Positions 1 to 13,200 of a DNA stretch of 64,000 nt are shown piece after piece (the stretch's first letter is position 1; each line of letters starts with the position of its first letter). A program made the position numbers and the translations under genes. Origin of the DNA: Puccinia triticina. Its lineage: Eukaryota. The stretch lies in the NCBI GenBank assembly GCA_026914245.1, contig CP110439.1, forward strand, positions 6,014,001 through 6,078,000, read 5' to 3'. Under the pieces are notes generated by a model, which was not told the origin of the DNA, ran no database searches, and saw only the letters and a list, made by a program, of their open reading frames with translations.

Positions 1-2876
1 AGTGGTTTGTAATGCGTGATACATGAAGTTACGGATGTAAATCTTGATTCGTTTTTGATATTCTTCCATGTTATTGATTTTGGTCACAAATATAAACGGC
101 ACCAGTTGACATACAGCCGTCCAGATTGCTTTGCGCTTGGGTGTTAGGAATTGGAAAAACACAAATGGAGCGGCTTGAACAAGAATCTTGAATTCCTTCC
201 CGACCAAACTCTTGATGTGATTGACAAATGATTTTGCATTAATTGGCGGAATATTCAAGGCTTGCGTGTTGAATAACTGAAGTCGGGCCCTGAGTTCATT
301 TTGCTGATGTGGTTTCAGTTTCTTGCCAGAAAGTGCATCTCTTGCAAGATACTTGACAAATCCAAGAAGTACGACGTGTAATATTTCAATGGGGGTATCC
401 TTCACTCCATCAAAACCTAAATAAACACAAGAATGAATTTATTTGATCAAAAAAAAATTGCGGGCAAATTGTCCACATCCCCCACACATGAAGGAATCAC
501 CCCAAAGATTAGAGACAAAAAAATACACTGACCTTTGAGCTTCAGATATGGACTGAACATCTTTTGCGACTCATCTGCTTCGATGAACTTCTCCATTTTC
601 TCACAAATCTGTGGGTCTTTTGTATAATTCTCCAAAAAATGGTTATTCAATGAGTCTGTAACCCCATAACGACGCTTCTTTCTGATGAACTCTGCATTAC
701 TCTCCTCAATTGCGGTAGAATATAATTCAACAGTTCTTTCACAGGTCTCAGACCATTTCCTTTTGCTTCCTGCTGCCTAAAAATCCAAACAAGTAGAAAA
801 AATTAGCAAAAATATTTCAAAAGGAAACAGAGGAAAAAAACAAATGATACCTCAGAACCATCAGGATTGATTCTCAGGAATTGGAGAACGTAATCCAATG
901 TATTCCGTTGATCCTTTCCTTCGGCATGTAAAGCACACATTTGACACGGATTAAGGGAGCTTCCGGGATTTGGTGTATTTGTTACCTCCGCATGCATCAG
1001 TGAGTCCGCCAAGAAACAGAAGACCAGTCCAGTAACCAAAACTTCTTCCATGATACTAGAATCAAACGCCATAAAACCTTCTCTTGTCACTTCACTAAAA
1101 TGGAACAAAAATAAATGAGATATCAAGCAATTGTGACTGATTGAAAAGGATGAGATAAAATGATGAAATGGATAGAATTAAATGGAAGAAACACTCACTT
1201 CATTTTGGCCACTATTTGACCAGAAATTTCCAATACATTTGCCCTATTTGAAGTAGATAAGAAATGGCAATTGTACTCTTGATTCAAGATTTGAGGAGGA
1301 AGACCAGACAAAGTAAAATAGAATGAAATGTGTTTATTGAATTTTTTCAACACATTTCCCAAAGTATCATCTGAATATAGAGTAATTGGAATATGTCGAA
1401 TAATTCTTCCATCGGCTTTGTCCCGCCAATCATTTGGTAAAGGAATCTTCTTTTGTTCTGCACCATTTTCCTCTGTAAGGATGGAATAATTTGTTATTAG
1501 TCACTTGAAACCATTTATTTTGATGAAATAAAAACAAATTACCATATAGTGCGCATTTTTCAGACAGCATTTTTCCATCTATTTCTATCTTCAAGTATGG
1601 CTTCTTGAATTGATTTGTGTGTATAGATGACAGATCTGGGTCCTGAAACAATATATCTTGTGTTATTTTAAGCTGGATGATTTGTTTGCCAGCATTGAGA
1701 TGTTCATTCATATCTGGTTTGATACATTTGGCATACAATTTGGAGTTGAGAGTGTAGAAAAAAACTGGAATGACAATTTCTGTTGACTCTAATTCAACGG
1801 GTTCAAAAATATAGTAGTGTTCGCCATCCACATCACACATTTGGGCCCGATGTTGTGGCGCCAAGTCTTCAAGCCATTTCTTCGATTGGGAAAATTTGAA
1901 GTGTGGGCCATCCGTCATTTCCGGGTAGTAATCGAGGTGTTTGCTCACTAATGGGTTGGCCAAGTCCTGTTTTTGATGATGTTTTTTTTGAAATTTCAAT
2001 CAAAAAACAAAATCAAATGGATTGAAATTTATTCACAGTTTTTCTCCTTACCTGCGACAGAATTCCCTTCAGACTTAGCGAAAAACATGGAGTTCCAAGT
2101 GGACTTGTGCTCATCTTCAGCTGACTTTTGAGGAGCTTTCTGATCCGCTCCCTTGAATTGCGCACTGTTGACCAGGCAGGAAGCCGGATGTCACATATAG
2201 AAATCACCACTCGGATTTTGTTGTAGATTGACCGGGATATGAGAGAGTGGGTGTGTCCTATCAGCAACGACCCAACAAGCTCCTGTTTTTTAAATCATAA
2301 TGAGCTAGTCAGCTATTAAACATGGTTTATTTGTACACAATCTACGTATAGAAACAATGATGAACAGAATGGTAAACTTTTCATCTTGTTTTTGAAAGGG
2401 AACCATATTATTTCCTCTTCCGGATCATCATTATCTTCTTGGCTCTCTGTCCCCGAAAAAAAAGCCTCATCCTTGTTGCGCAAAATCTGTTCAAGCTCGG
2501 AATCAATCAAGTCATCGAGTCCAATATCTTTCAGGCTAAATTTGGTGATCCCGCATTCTTCAAAAATTTTCCTCATCCGAGAAACCTCGTCCAGGTCATC
2601 TTCAACATTCTGAGTATGTGGAATTGTTTCTGGAGGTTCAATTATTTTGTACACCTCATTTGCTGCCGTGTCTTGTTCAGGAATTGATTCCTCTATCTCT
2701 TCATGTCTTTGGTGCCGGTCCCTTGCAATTTGTTCGTTGCGTTCACGGACATTTTCTTGATGCCGAACCCCCTGAGCGTGCTTCCAGTAGTCCAAAGTCC
2801 CTTTTCCACTGCATAAATTACAATGGAAAACCGTCCGGCCATCTTCCTCTCTTACTTGAGAAGAAAAAACTGTCAA
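1..2876 (-). pseudogene. Multi-exon CACTA/Plavaka-like transposase (5' part; continues beyond window start)
   Basis: N-terminal C2H2 finger (CNLC...H...H), then ITLYSDDTLGNVLKKFNKH, FLADSLMHAE...CQMC, GFDGVKDTPIEILHVVLLG and LVGKEFKILVQAAPF. GT-AG introns. Homologous to 46499-53070. Intactness not verified. Confidence 0.7.
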
Positions 2877-3879
2877 AAATCACAAACAGCATTCTAAAGT
2901 TAGCTCCTCTTGAAATCAAAGTGGGGGCAAACCACTCAACATTGCAATTGATCCATTTCTTTCTTGACTCTCTTTTGCGCACAACTGAATGTTGATTTTT
3001 TTCCAGTTTCGTTCATATTGTTCTGTTTTGTTTTTGATGGTCAGCTGTGCAGGAGGCCACCGATCTGCAGAATGTGAGGGGTCTGCTATGACATAAGATT
3101 TCCCTCATCTCCAAGTGGTTTTAAGCCTTGCAACTCAGTTCACCTGCTCGTGACCATCCATCTCATTGGTTGCTCTTGACCAGTTTGCAACTCGCTCCCC
3201 CTGAAGTTTATCATCACCAACTTTATCCATACCACTTTTGGTTTACCGTAAAAAAGCTCAGATTTGATGGCTCCTATTCGAAACGCTAAGTTGAGGCTTC
3301 CCAGAAAGGTTAATCCACTTCAAGATCAACAGAAAATTGCGGTCAACAGTTGAGTTTTCTGGCCATTCTCTTGTTTTGTGGACAATGTAACTGTTGATTG
3401 ATGCAAGCACCCGCCTCAACCAAGATAAAAAAAAACCCAAAGATTTCAAACAACCTTGCCATCAGCCTTCTCCCTTGCAGAGCTCCTCCCAAAGTCCTTC
3501 TCTGGAATACCAACCCGAATCCAGACATTCAAATGGTGATGGCCAGAGCCTTTGTGATGAAATTGAATGCGGAAGGTGTAGTTTGATGAGATCTTTAATA
3601 ATTGCAAACACTTTAAAACCAGTAGTAGTAAAACTTAACAACAAAACAAGAGTTAATAAATGAAGAAAAACAATTTTAATGTAGTGAATTATTGAATATT
3701 TTACCTAATAATTTTTTGTTTTTGTGATTAATCAGACTAATGAGAAGGCAACGATATTGAGAGACAAACACTAAAAATAGAAAAAACATTGAGTTGACAA
3801 TCTGAGTGATAAGAGAAATAGCGTTTGACCAAGTACCTCTCCTCCCCCTGAGCAAGTATCCTCTGACGGTTATGTGATT

Positions 3880-5475
3880 CCCTCACGGACTTGACCGGTG
3901 TACACTATTGAGCAAGAAATGCCAATGAGTGATAGTTTTCGATATCTAGACAGCGTCGACGTTACCTTGACCACTGCCGGTGTTGAGTCTTGCTTGGAGA
4001 GTTTGATCTTGATGGTTCCGAGTTGGTTCGCTGAGAAAGCTGACTCGGGAATATTCTGGAAGTTGATTTGAACTCGCGGCTGAGCATGTGACATGTGATG
4101 GATATTTCACCCAACAGAAGGGGAGACCTTGGGAAAGATAGCACTCAACGCATCCCCGCAATCGATCCGGAGATTGAATCGATGGACCGTGATTTCCGTA
4201 CTCAACATCCAGCCGAAGAATCTTGCACCGGTGACACTTCAAAAAACCTTGATAACACTGACCACACCTTTCACAATTCCCAACTGTCAAAGAAAGCCTT
4301 GAGTGCGCTAGGATCATTGTTTAATCTTGATGATCAACATTTCAAAGAAGCAAGTACAATTGTCAAGGTTTGTATGTTACTCTATCTACCTCCTTCTTTT
4401 CAGATGAGATCTGACTTTTCTGTGCAAAGTTATCATCTGAGAGCCAAATGGCTTTTTTGATTTTTGCCAAGATGGAAAGGCAGCAGGAAAAATACAACCG
4501 CAACAGAGACCTATCCCCTGAGTCGACTCCTATTGTTCAGGCAAAGTCTCAAGTGAGCTCGGAAGCCAAGGCCAGTACTTCCTTTAAAACTTGTATCACA
4601 TTCATTCTTGTTCATCCGTCCAAAAATTTTCTTCCCGCATTTTTCACCACAGGGACGGATTTGAGAAATATCCAAGGAAGTATTTCTGGACCCTAGCATT
4701 CACTCATACACCCGTGCGAAATACAGATTGGGAATGAGTGATCGTTCATTATTATGTGTGACAATGGTATGTCTTATCTATTTTAGCTTTTTTCAATAGT
4801 TGTATATCTGATTGGGTTTATCCAGGAACGGTTGCTGGCGCTCCCAAATGAGTATAAAAACAAACATTTTCCGCCTGGCTTTTTGGAAAAGGATTCCGAG
4901 GCGCAGCGCGAGGTTATCAAGGAAACGCGCGCTATTCAAACCCATCTCCGAGGCCAAATACGTGATCAGTTGTTAACTTTTGTCTTGACAAAGGAAGGCA
5001 ATTACGAAAGCGTCAAACCAGTACCCGATATCTACAAACTCACACCGCTCATCTACCGGTCGCTTCACCCTGCTGAAGCAACAATGACTGATGAGCAAAT
5101 TCATAAAGCTGTGACTGCTATCTTTCGAGCGCGGATCACACATTTACGAATTCAAACAATTGATAAGGTTATCAATCCTTCGACAGTCAAAACCTCTCAA
5201 TGGGACATGGTTGACAGCCAAATCCAGGAGCTAAAGACTCAGGGATCAGACTATCAAGCAGCGTGAGTTTTGTTGATTTCTGCTTCTTTTTTTGTGTATT
5301 CGTCCTTATAAATGCTTTGGTTTAGATGGGCAATGGCCATCCTCCACAAAGACGATTCAATTTTTGGTCACGGTGACTGCTTCAGCGAAATCAACCTTGA
5401 AAAAATCACCTTACCAAGTGAAGCGGAAGTTGAGACTCAAGCTCAAAAACTACCTCAAGCTAGTACCTCAAAATA
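3880..5475 (+). CDS. Multi-exon companion protein of the transposon, unknown function
   Basis: ORF pieces 4095-4460 and 4832-5266 with GT-AG introns. C-terminal RARITHLR...SQWDMVD...YQAA/WAMAILHKD aligns by eye with the gene at 53511-55100. Confidence 0.5.
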
Positions 5476-6058
5476 AAAAAACCATTGATTTGAAGATCAC
5501 ACTTTCCTGTGTTTTTTTCTCATGTTTTGTGTGTTTTATCTCAATCATATTTTTACCCCAAAAAATGATGTTAGCACCTGGATTTTTGTATGTTTCCCTC
5601 TGCATGTATATTTCCTATATCCATTAATCGCTTACAACAGCAAATGGCTTACCCAAAAAAACATGAAAAGCAATATTATTACTGCCTAATGTGATCACAT
5701 GAGGTAGTGAAATATCTAAAATTAAGTGGTGCTGCATCAGGGCAACCCAAAAAAATAGATTGTGCTGAAAAGCATCCTAAGGATGCTCGAAAAGCATCCT
5801 AAGGATGCCCATTCAAGTGACTTGGTTTCATCCTGAGCCGGTGCCCAAAGGATGCTTTTCAGGAGTCATGCATCGCAAATATGCAGATGAGGATGTCATT
5901 TTGACACCTGGAAGATAACCGGAGGAAATCTTTGAAAAGATGTCCCAGGTGTAGTTTGACTATGCGGATCTTGGGGATGATTTTTGCCGCGCCACAGGAG
6001 GTGCATCAAAATGACATCGCCAGATGGATCCTTGGGATGACCGACTCAGCCCGTGGTG

Positions 6059-7560
6059 TAGCAGCTGGAGCAGTACTTACTCAGGAGTATGAAGGCTTGG
6101 ACAGACCAGTCCTCTATGAATCTGTGGTTTTCTCTCCAACTGAATCCAAATATTCCCAATCCAAACTAGAGCTGTGTGGTGTCACCAAAATCCTCAAGAA
6201 ACTTCAAACTCAACTTTGGGTACAAAATTTTGAGTTATTAGTGGATGCCAAAAGCCTGATAGAAATGATCAACACACCTGAACTCCCAAATGGCCCCATG
6301 ACTAGATGGGTATCTTTTATCCAACTCTTTTCTTTCACTATGAAACATTTCCCAGGAAAAACTTTTACTATGCCAGATGGATTATCAAGAAGACCCCCAG
6401 ACCCTGAAGAAATTGGAGAAGACTTTGATAAAGAAGAAAAATGGATCAAACCTCACCCTGGATTTGGAGTCAAGCAGATCAATGCAACCACCTTGGAACC
6501 TACAGAGAATGATCAAAGTAGAGTTTGGAAGGATTTACAATATTATCTGGAAGCTCTCAATAGACCACCTAACTGCACTGCAAAAGACTGGACAACAATC
6601 AAGCACAAATCAGCCATGTTCTTTATGTCTGAAGGCCAACTTAAAAGAAGAAACAAACCTTTCCCCCAAGTAGTGGTAACCTCTCCAGAACTTCAAAAAT
6701 CTATTCTAAACTCCCTTCATGAAGAATTAGTCCACAGAGGAATGGATGAAACTTACAGAAGAACCAGGATCAGGTTTTGGTGGCCAAACATGAAGAGGTC
6801 TGTCAAAAAATGGATCCAATCTTGTCTTGCCGGTCAGCAAAGAAGTTCAGCCAAACACCTGGAAGAAAAGAAGGCCACTGGAAAATCTACTATCTCTGGA
6901 AGAGTCAGCCTGGATACCATTCACATCAAAGCTGGAAAATAGAAATACCTTGTAGTTGCCAGGGATGATCTTTCTGGATGGGTAGAAGCAGTTGGACTAG
7001 AACAAATCAAAGCCAAGAAAGTTTTAGATTGGTTCCTGGAGCACTGGATTCACAGGTATGGTGTACTTCTTACTGTTGTTGTGGATGGTGGCCCAAAATT
7101 TGGCCAAGAATTTCAGAAAGCTCTCTCTCAAGCTGGATCAAAAGTTAAAGTCACCACCCCCTACTACCCTGAGGCCAATGGAATGATTGAAAGAGGACAC
7201 CAACCCCTCAAAGATACTCTAGTCAAGCTGTGTGCAACAGATGGAAAGAAGAGGAGACATTACCTCCTTCTGGTCTTGTTTGCTGACAGAATCTCAACCA
7301 AGAGGACAACTGGATACTCCCCATATGAATTCCTTTTTGGACAACCTGCTTTTTTACCTGTGGATTTGGAATTAGAAACATATCTTGGAACCAACTGAGA
7401 AGATATTAAACCAACAGAATAATTATTATTAGCAAGAGTCCTCCAACTGGAAAGAAGAGAGGACATTTTACAGGAAGCTTACAAAAAATTAAAGGAGTCC
7501 AGATCCCAGTCTTTGGGAAATCAATACCAGAAAAAGAATCTCAGAAAACCCTTGGAAATT
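6059..7560 (+). mobile_element. Gypsy/Ty3 pol fragment (RNase H + integrase), decayed
   Basis: AAGAVLTQE...ELCG...VDAKSL...PDGLSR (RNase H); H..HRG...WPNM...C (integrase zinc finger); ARDDLSGWVEA, DGGPKF, YYPEANGMIERGH. Contains in-frame stops. Confidence 0.9.
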
Positions 7561-8229
7561 CACTATTAAGATGGATGAATTTTTGATGTTGTATATTGAT
7601 CAATATAGCGTATATTGATCAATTTATATTGATCATTTTTTTTTATTCCTCTTGATACCTTTGTCTGTGTTCCATGTCTCCTTAATACTCTTCCATAATC
7701 TCTCTCCTTCCCCCTTTGTTGGCTTCAAGCCACAGGTTTTTTTTTTTTTTTTTGCCTGATAACATTCAAAAATTTCTACATACACCATCCAATTCTTCAT
7801 GAAAAAGAACATTGCAAGTTTTAGGATTAATCCAGGGTGGTGGAGGGGTCTCACTTTTTTTTTTCTTTTTTTTTTTTACTTCAACAATTGATGTGGTCAG
7901 AAGTCTCCAAATCTACTTTTTTTCAAAAAAGGAAAAACATTGACCCCTGACTTCCCTCATGATACTATCCTGCACACATTTTTAATTTGGTTTGTTGAAA
8001 TTCCTGAAGATATTGCACATCATAATTGAAGTGCTACATGCATAGAAGGCCTTTTTGAAATTAGTTTACCATGGTTTAGCACATTTTTGTCAGTTTCTTT
8101 TTTTTATCTACTTTTGTTATCAACCACAGATTAATGAGGAATATTTCCACATAAAATTTCATTGGAAAATTGTTCTGCACATAAAACCCAGAAATATTGT
8201 GTTTGGGTTCACATCCATTATGCAGCAGC

Positions 8230-8830
8230 AACAATCTGATCAGTTGCCAAATACCACTACTTTGGTAGTTTCTTGGTGTTTCTGCCACTATTTCTCATCC
8301 CAGCGTGGGAATTCTTCCAAGGTATTGTTACCAAAATGTTGAAAAGCCCCCAAAGTTTCATTGGATACCTTTACTGACCACAAAGTCCCCAAATTTAGCA
8401 GCTACAGTCTGATCAGTTTCCAAATATCACTACTTTGGTAGCTTCTTGGTGTTTCTGCCACTATATCCCATTCCAGAGTGGGAATTCTTCTGCAATATTA
8501 TTACCAAAATGTTCACAAGCCCCCAAATTTTCATTCTGTACCTTTACTGACCACAAAACCCCCAAATGTAGCAGCTACAGTCTGATCAGTTCCCAAATAT
8601 CACTACTTTGGTAGTTTCATGGTGTTTCTGCCACTATATCTCATTGCAGTGTGGGAATTTCTCTCCTATATGGTTACTAAAATGTTAAAAAGCTGGCAAA
8701 GTTTCATTATGTACCTTTACTGACCACAAAATCCCCACATGTAGCAGCTTCAGTCTGATCAGTTTCCAAACATCCCTACTTTGGTAGTTTATTGGTTTTC
8801 TACCACTATATCTCATCCCAGGGTGGGAAA
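8230..8830 (+). repeat. 173-bp tandem repeat (left arm of foldback, part 1)
   Basis: GCTACAGTCTGATCAG (GCTTCAG variant in the third copy) recurs at 8401, 8574 and 8747, period 173. Confidence 0.9.
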
Positions 8831-10135
8831 TAGAGATGGACTTGCGGTACCGGTTTGGGGGTACCTGGTACCGCCTGGAGGGTACCCTCTGGTGCGCCAG
8901 CGCATCAGCCCAGAGGTACCAGGTGCGGTACCAGGTGCCTGCTTTGGAGGTAAAAAACTGAAGACACCCTGTGTACTGCCGGTGTACCGTTGGCACACCT
9001 GCCCAGCCAGAGGTCTCTGGTGTACTCCAGGACCCCCAATCAATAACCTGCTTTTTGGAGGAGTTCAGACATTGTGTGTATGCACATCCAGATGATTGGA
9101 TATCATCTGGCGATACCCAGGATGCCACCAAAACGTAACTGAACCCAACTCAACTCCTTGCATGGACCTTCAATGACTTCCTCTCAACCTAGCCTTGAAC
9201 CGGAGACCGGACCTATTGAAAGCAGTGGCCAAACTGACCGAGAGGAAGAAAACCATAGCTCAAAATCAGGAAATGCTCAAGCTTCAACAGAAGTAATTGC
9301 TTGCCCCTTGACCGATGAGGAGGAGTTAGGTGATTAGATTGATTTATTTTTCATTCAAGCCTGTTCTGAATATTTTTCTGACTATCTTCCTCTTTTTTCA
9401 ATCAGATCAAGCTAGTAGAGTGGCCTCAAATGGTCTCAACGTAAGCTATCACAGTTACCAACAACCCAAGCTTTTGGATCAGCAAGATAAGTCTGGCAGG
9501 CACATGATAGCCTATCAATGCAAGATGTAAGATAGTCACTTCAATAAAAAAAATAGTTAAGTTTGGCTGACACCAGACATCAGGTGTGCAACCAAGATCA
9601 ATTGCCCAACCTCAGACACCTCCTGTAGCAACCTCACTAAACATGCATCCATATGTCTCCAAAAGCAAAAATGAAGGCCAAACCACTTGATCTTTGGCTG
9701 CTCTAGGAATTACAGGTACCGGCCAAATTGTTCCAAAAGAAGTAAGCTATATTGCCAATAGAGTTTAGATTGGCAAGTACATGCCTAAATTCTTTTCTCA
9801 CAGGTTCCACAACTCTGTGCTGGGTGGTGTGCTGAAGCAGCTTGACCCTTCTCGGCACTGGTTGAGGAAAGTCATAAAGCTATCCTCCATACAACAGTAG
9901 TCAAGCATTTACCCACCCAAAAAGCAGTCTCAAAAGACATCCACAAAATCCAATCCGCAATCCAAGAGAAGTATTGAGATGAGTTGCAGGTGAGTCCTCT
10001 TCTTTATTAAAACGGCCCCAATAGGCTCTGTTGAGCTGTCTGTTAGTCTGCTACCATGATGCTTCACCACAGTATGAAGGGCTGTTTGATTGACCCATGA
10101 GCACTACCAACCAACCACCCAGCTGGCAGCCACAA

Positions 10136-10218
10136 GCGTCTGTAGTCTAGTTGGTAAAGGCAGCCTAGTATGTGTCTCAGCATAGCTGAGGTTGTGAGTT
10201 TGACTCTCACCAGACACA
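10136..10218 (+). ncRNA. tRNA-like sequence in 5' LTR of TRIM (decayed copy)
   Basis: Same cloverleaf elements as 14620-14705, with a 3-nt deletion in the anticodon arm. Confidence 0.6.
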
Positions 10219-10233
10219 TCTTCATTTTACAGT

Positions 10234-13200
10234 TGAGGACATCAGGCACGGTGCGTGGAGGTGTTCAAGGGTTGTGGAAGGATATTCATTACATATCAGA
10301 AAGGAGATGAAATGAAAGAGGAGAAAAAGGAAAGAGAGAAAAAGAAAAAGAAAAACTAACCTGAGGACAGCAGGCACGGTGCGTGGCGGTGTTCAAGGGT
10401 TGTGGAAGGATGAAGAAAGGGTCCTTCCACGCCTGCTGCCTCAGATAGACTACATACAATCTGTGACATGTATGTGAGAGGTGAGAGAAATGAGAGAAAT
10501 GGGAGAAGCATAAAAGACATGACAAAACCTGAGTACTAAACTCTGTAGGGGAACAACCATGTGAAAGGTTTGGGAGAGAATTATCAGTGTTAACAGGAGG
10601 ACCAGGATTAGGTTGATCCACCAGACCCCCGCCGTTGGAAGGGGATGTAACCGGCCAGGATATTTCAGCTGATAGGGACGGTGAGGAACTCCGTCCGGTG
10701 CTAGGCCGGCAGCAGTTGGGGGAGGGGAATGGAAAAGAAAAGAAAACTAAGATGTATTCTCTCCGGGGTGATTGGCCAAAAATGAGCGTGGTGAGTTGTG
10801 TAGCGTTGGGGGGGGGGTTGATTTTACGACGGCTGGAGATGCGCGTCGGCGGGTTTTGTTTTTAAGAGAGAGCCGGGGATACTGCCGGCGGGATGTGATC
10901 TAAACCAGAGAAGTGGAGGAGATCGGCGTTGCGGGGAAAATGAACCTTGAAGACGTGTGATACTCGAGATACGGGCGGAAAGCGCCAATGCTTATAACTT
11001 TGAAATTTTTGATGGAGAACTGAATTTTATGGTTCAGAGTGGTCCATGCCGCTCCAAAGCCTGAGTTTGAACTGAACTAAAACCTTGGAGTTGGTGAAAT
11101 GCAGCAGACATCTCATCACAACCTAGCGCGCACGCGCGCGCTACAACAAACAAAACAGCAGAAACAAAACAAAACAAAATGAAACAGAAACAAAACAAAC
11201 CAACCCTCCTCATCCAAAACCTAACCAACCCACGCAAAGTGAAAGAGAAAATAACAAAACATGATGAACAGAAAATTGACAGGAGAACAAAACCATCAAC
11301 AAACAAGAGAACAGAAGGGAAAAGAAAACCTGAAACATCTTGAGGATGCGCGCCACCCCGCGCCATTGAATCTTGATGAAGCCTTGAGGGCTGAAGGCTT
11401 GAGTTTTGATGTCTTGAATCCTGACGTCCTCTAGCGCGCGCGACGCGCAATAAGATCTTGATCCCCATGCGTGTACCAATCTGTCCACCACAACGGAGGG
11501 GAAGCCGTAAGCTTGGAACCGTAGGGAAATGTATCATCATTGAATATGACGTCTCGTGACTTAACAACGGACCAATTTTGGAGGTCCCACACTTGATATC
11601 CGTTTCTGTCCAATAGATAAGAGAGAAGGAGAGACACTCTTCCCTTCTGGTCAAGCTTTTTGCGGTTGGCCTCAGGGACTTTGTACCAGACGAGGCACCC
11701 AAAAGGGTGAAGGTAGGAAAGGTCAACCAAGGGTATATCAAGAATTGAGTTTGGGGACTTAAACCCCGACGGTGTGTTGCAGGGGAAAGAGTTATATGCA
11801 AAGAGTGCGTGCCGAAAAGTGTCCGCCCAAAAGGATTTAGGTGTATGGGCACTGATCAGAGCGGATCGTACAAGATTGCTGATTGTTCTGTTTGTCCTTT
11901 CCGCCACATCATTCAGTTTTGGTGAATGTGGAGGTCCAGGTTTGTGTCTGATACCCGCGGAGGAAAGATAGGCAGAGAACTCATTGGAAACATACTCCCC
12001 GCCATTATCTGAGCATAGAGCTAGGATCTTGTGTGCACCACTCTTCTCAAAAGAGGCTTGAAAAAGCTTAAAGCAAGAAAAGGAATCACTTTTGTATTTC
12101 ATGGGAAATACAACTAGGAATTTGGAGAAGTTGTCCACAAAAGTAATGAAATAAAAATACCTCTTGCGCGATTTCACCTTGTATGATCCCACGTTGGAGT
12201 GGATGAGTTGACCGGGAAAAGTTGATTGGTGAGAGGAGCGGGATTTGAAGGCATTTCAAGGCATATTTGCTTGGACGCAGGTGGGGCATTGTTGGACAGC
12301 CATCTCGTTCATAGCTGAGGCAGTATTACCATTCATTTTCAGCAGAATTTTAAGGGGTTTTAGACCTATGTGTGAGAACCGGTTGTGGAATCCCAGCAGA
12401 GAGCGGTCAAAAATGAGTGGAGCAGAACTGAGAGATAAGGAGGAGCTCACAGACTCCAAAGGGAGATAGTACAGGTTTCCCCGTCTGTATCCACGACCAA
12501 TGATATCCCCTCCAATGGAGACGTTGGTCAACTTGTAGAAATCGCAGGAGGTTTTGGAGAATACCACGGTGACACCTGTGTTGCAAAGCCCAGTGAGCAA
12601 GAGGAGTGGTTTGTGAAGCGCAGGAATGACCAGGGTTTTGATGGGGTGGCTGCCTTCAATGGGGAGCTGAGTGAGACCACGGTGTGTCACATTGACGACC
12701 AGGTGATTGGCCAACCGAACCAGGGTGCAATCTGCTTTCAAGTCAAGGAGAGAGGAACCGTCTGGTGTCATAGACATCAAGCATCCCAAATCTATGTTAG
12801 TGTCCCCCCCTTGCTGGGAATCGGAGGATGCTGACAGCAAGCGTTTCCAGCCGTGACCTCAAGATCTGAGCCAGAGTAGTCCGAAGCCTTGTCCTTGTTG
12901 TATTTGTAAGAAGATTGACCAAGAGTTGTGGCAGACGTCCTTCCAGCTCAAGCTGCAGGCTTAGTGACAAGATTAGGTTTCTCCTACTGACTGGCCTTCC
13001 AGCAAGCCTTCTGAGCGGCCTTATGCTCCACGATGAGCTTTTGTGTGTTGTTGCACAGATTGAGGTTGTGGGAGTTGCTGTTGCAGAGGGGGCAGCGACG
13101 ACGCTTCTTGGAGGATTTGTTTTGGGGTCCTTTGGAAGCGGTGGAGGATGAGATTGGTTTTTGTGGAGGAGACAGAAATGATGTTGCCTTGAGAATCACG

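Larger units (their letters stand above)
1..6058 (-). mobile_element. Large two-gene DNA transposon (CMC/CACTA-EnSpm-like, possibly Plavaka-related), left end outside window; right terminus ...CCCGTGGTG
   Basis: Carries a transposase-like gene (-) and a divergent companion gene (+). Subterminal palindromes (GCATCC-TAA-GGATGC x2, ~5772-5810). Ends at CCCGTGGTG (6050-6058; rc CACCACGGG, identical to the first 9 nt of the TIR of element 14783-15880). Gypsy RNase H sequence (AAGAVLTQE) starts abruptly after it. Confidence 0.7.

Noticed and set aside
3267..3586. Third small gene between transposase and companion
   Set aside because: Needs several stop read-throughs and a frameshift, and no counterpart was recognised in the second element.
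5932..6058. N-terminus of the 336-aa ORF as real protein
   Set aside because: It is read-through from the DNA transposon terminus into Gypsy RNase H.
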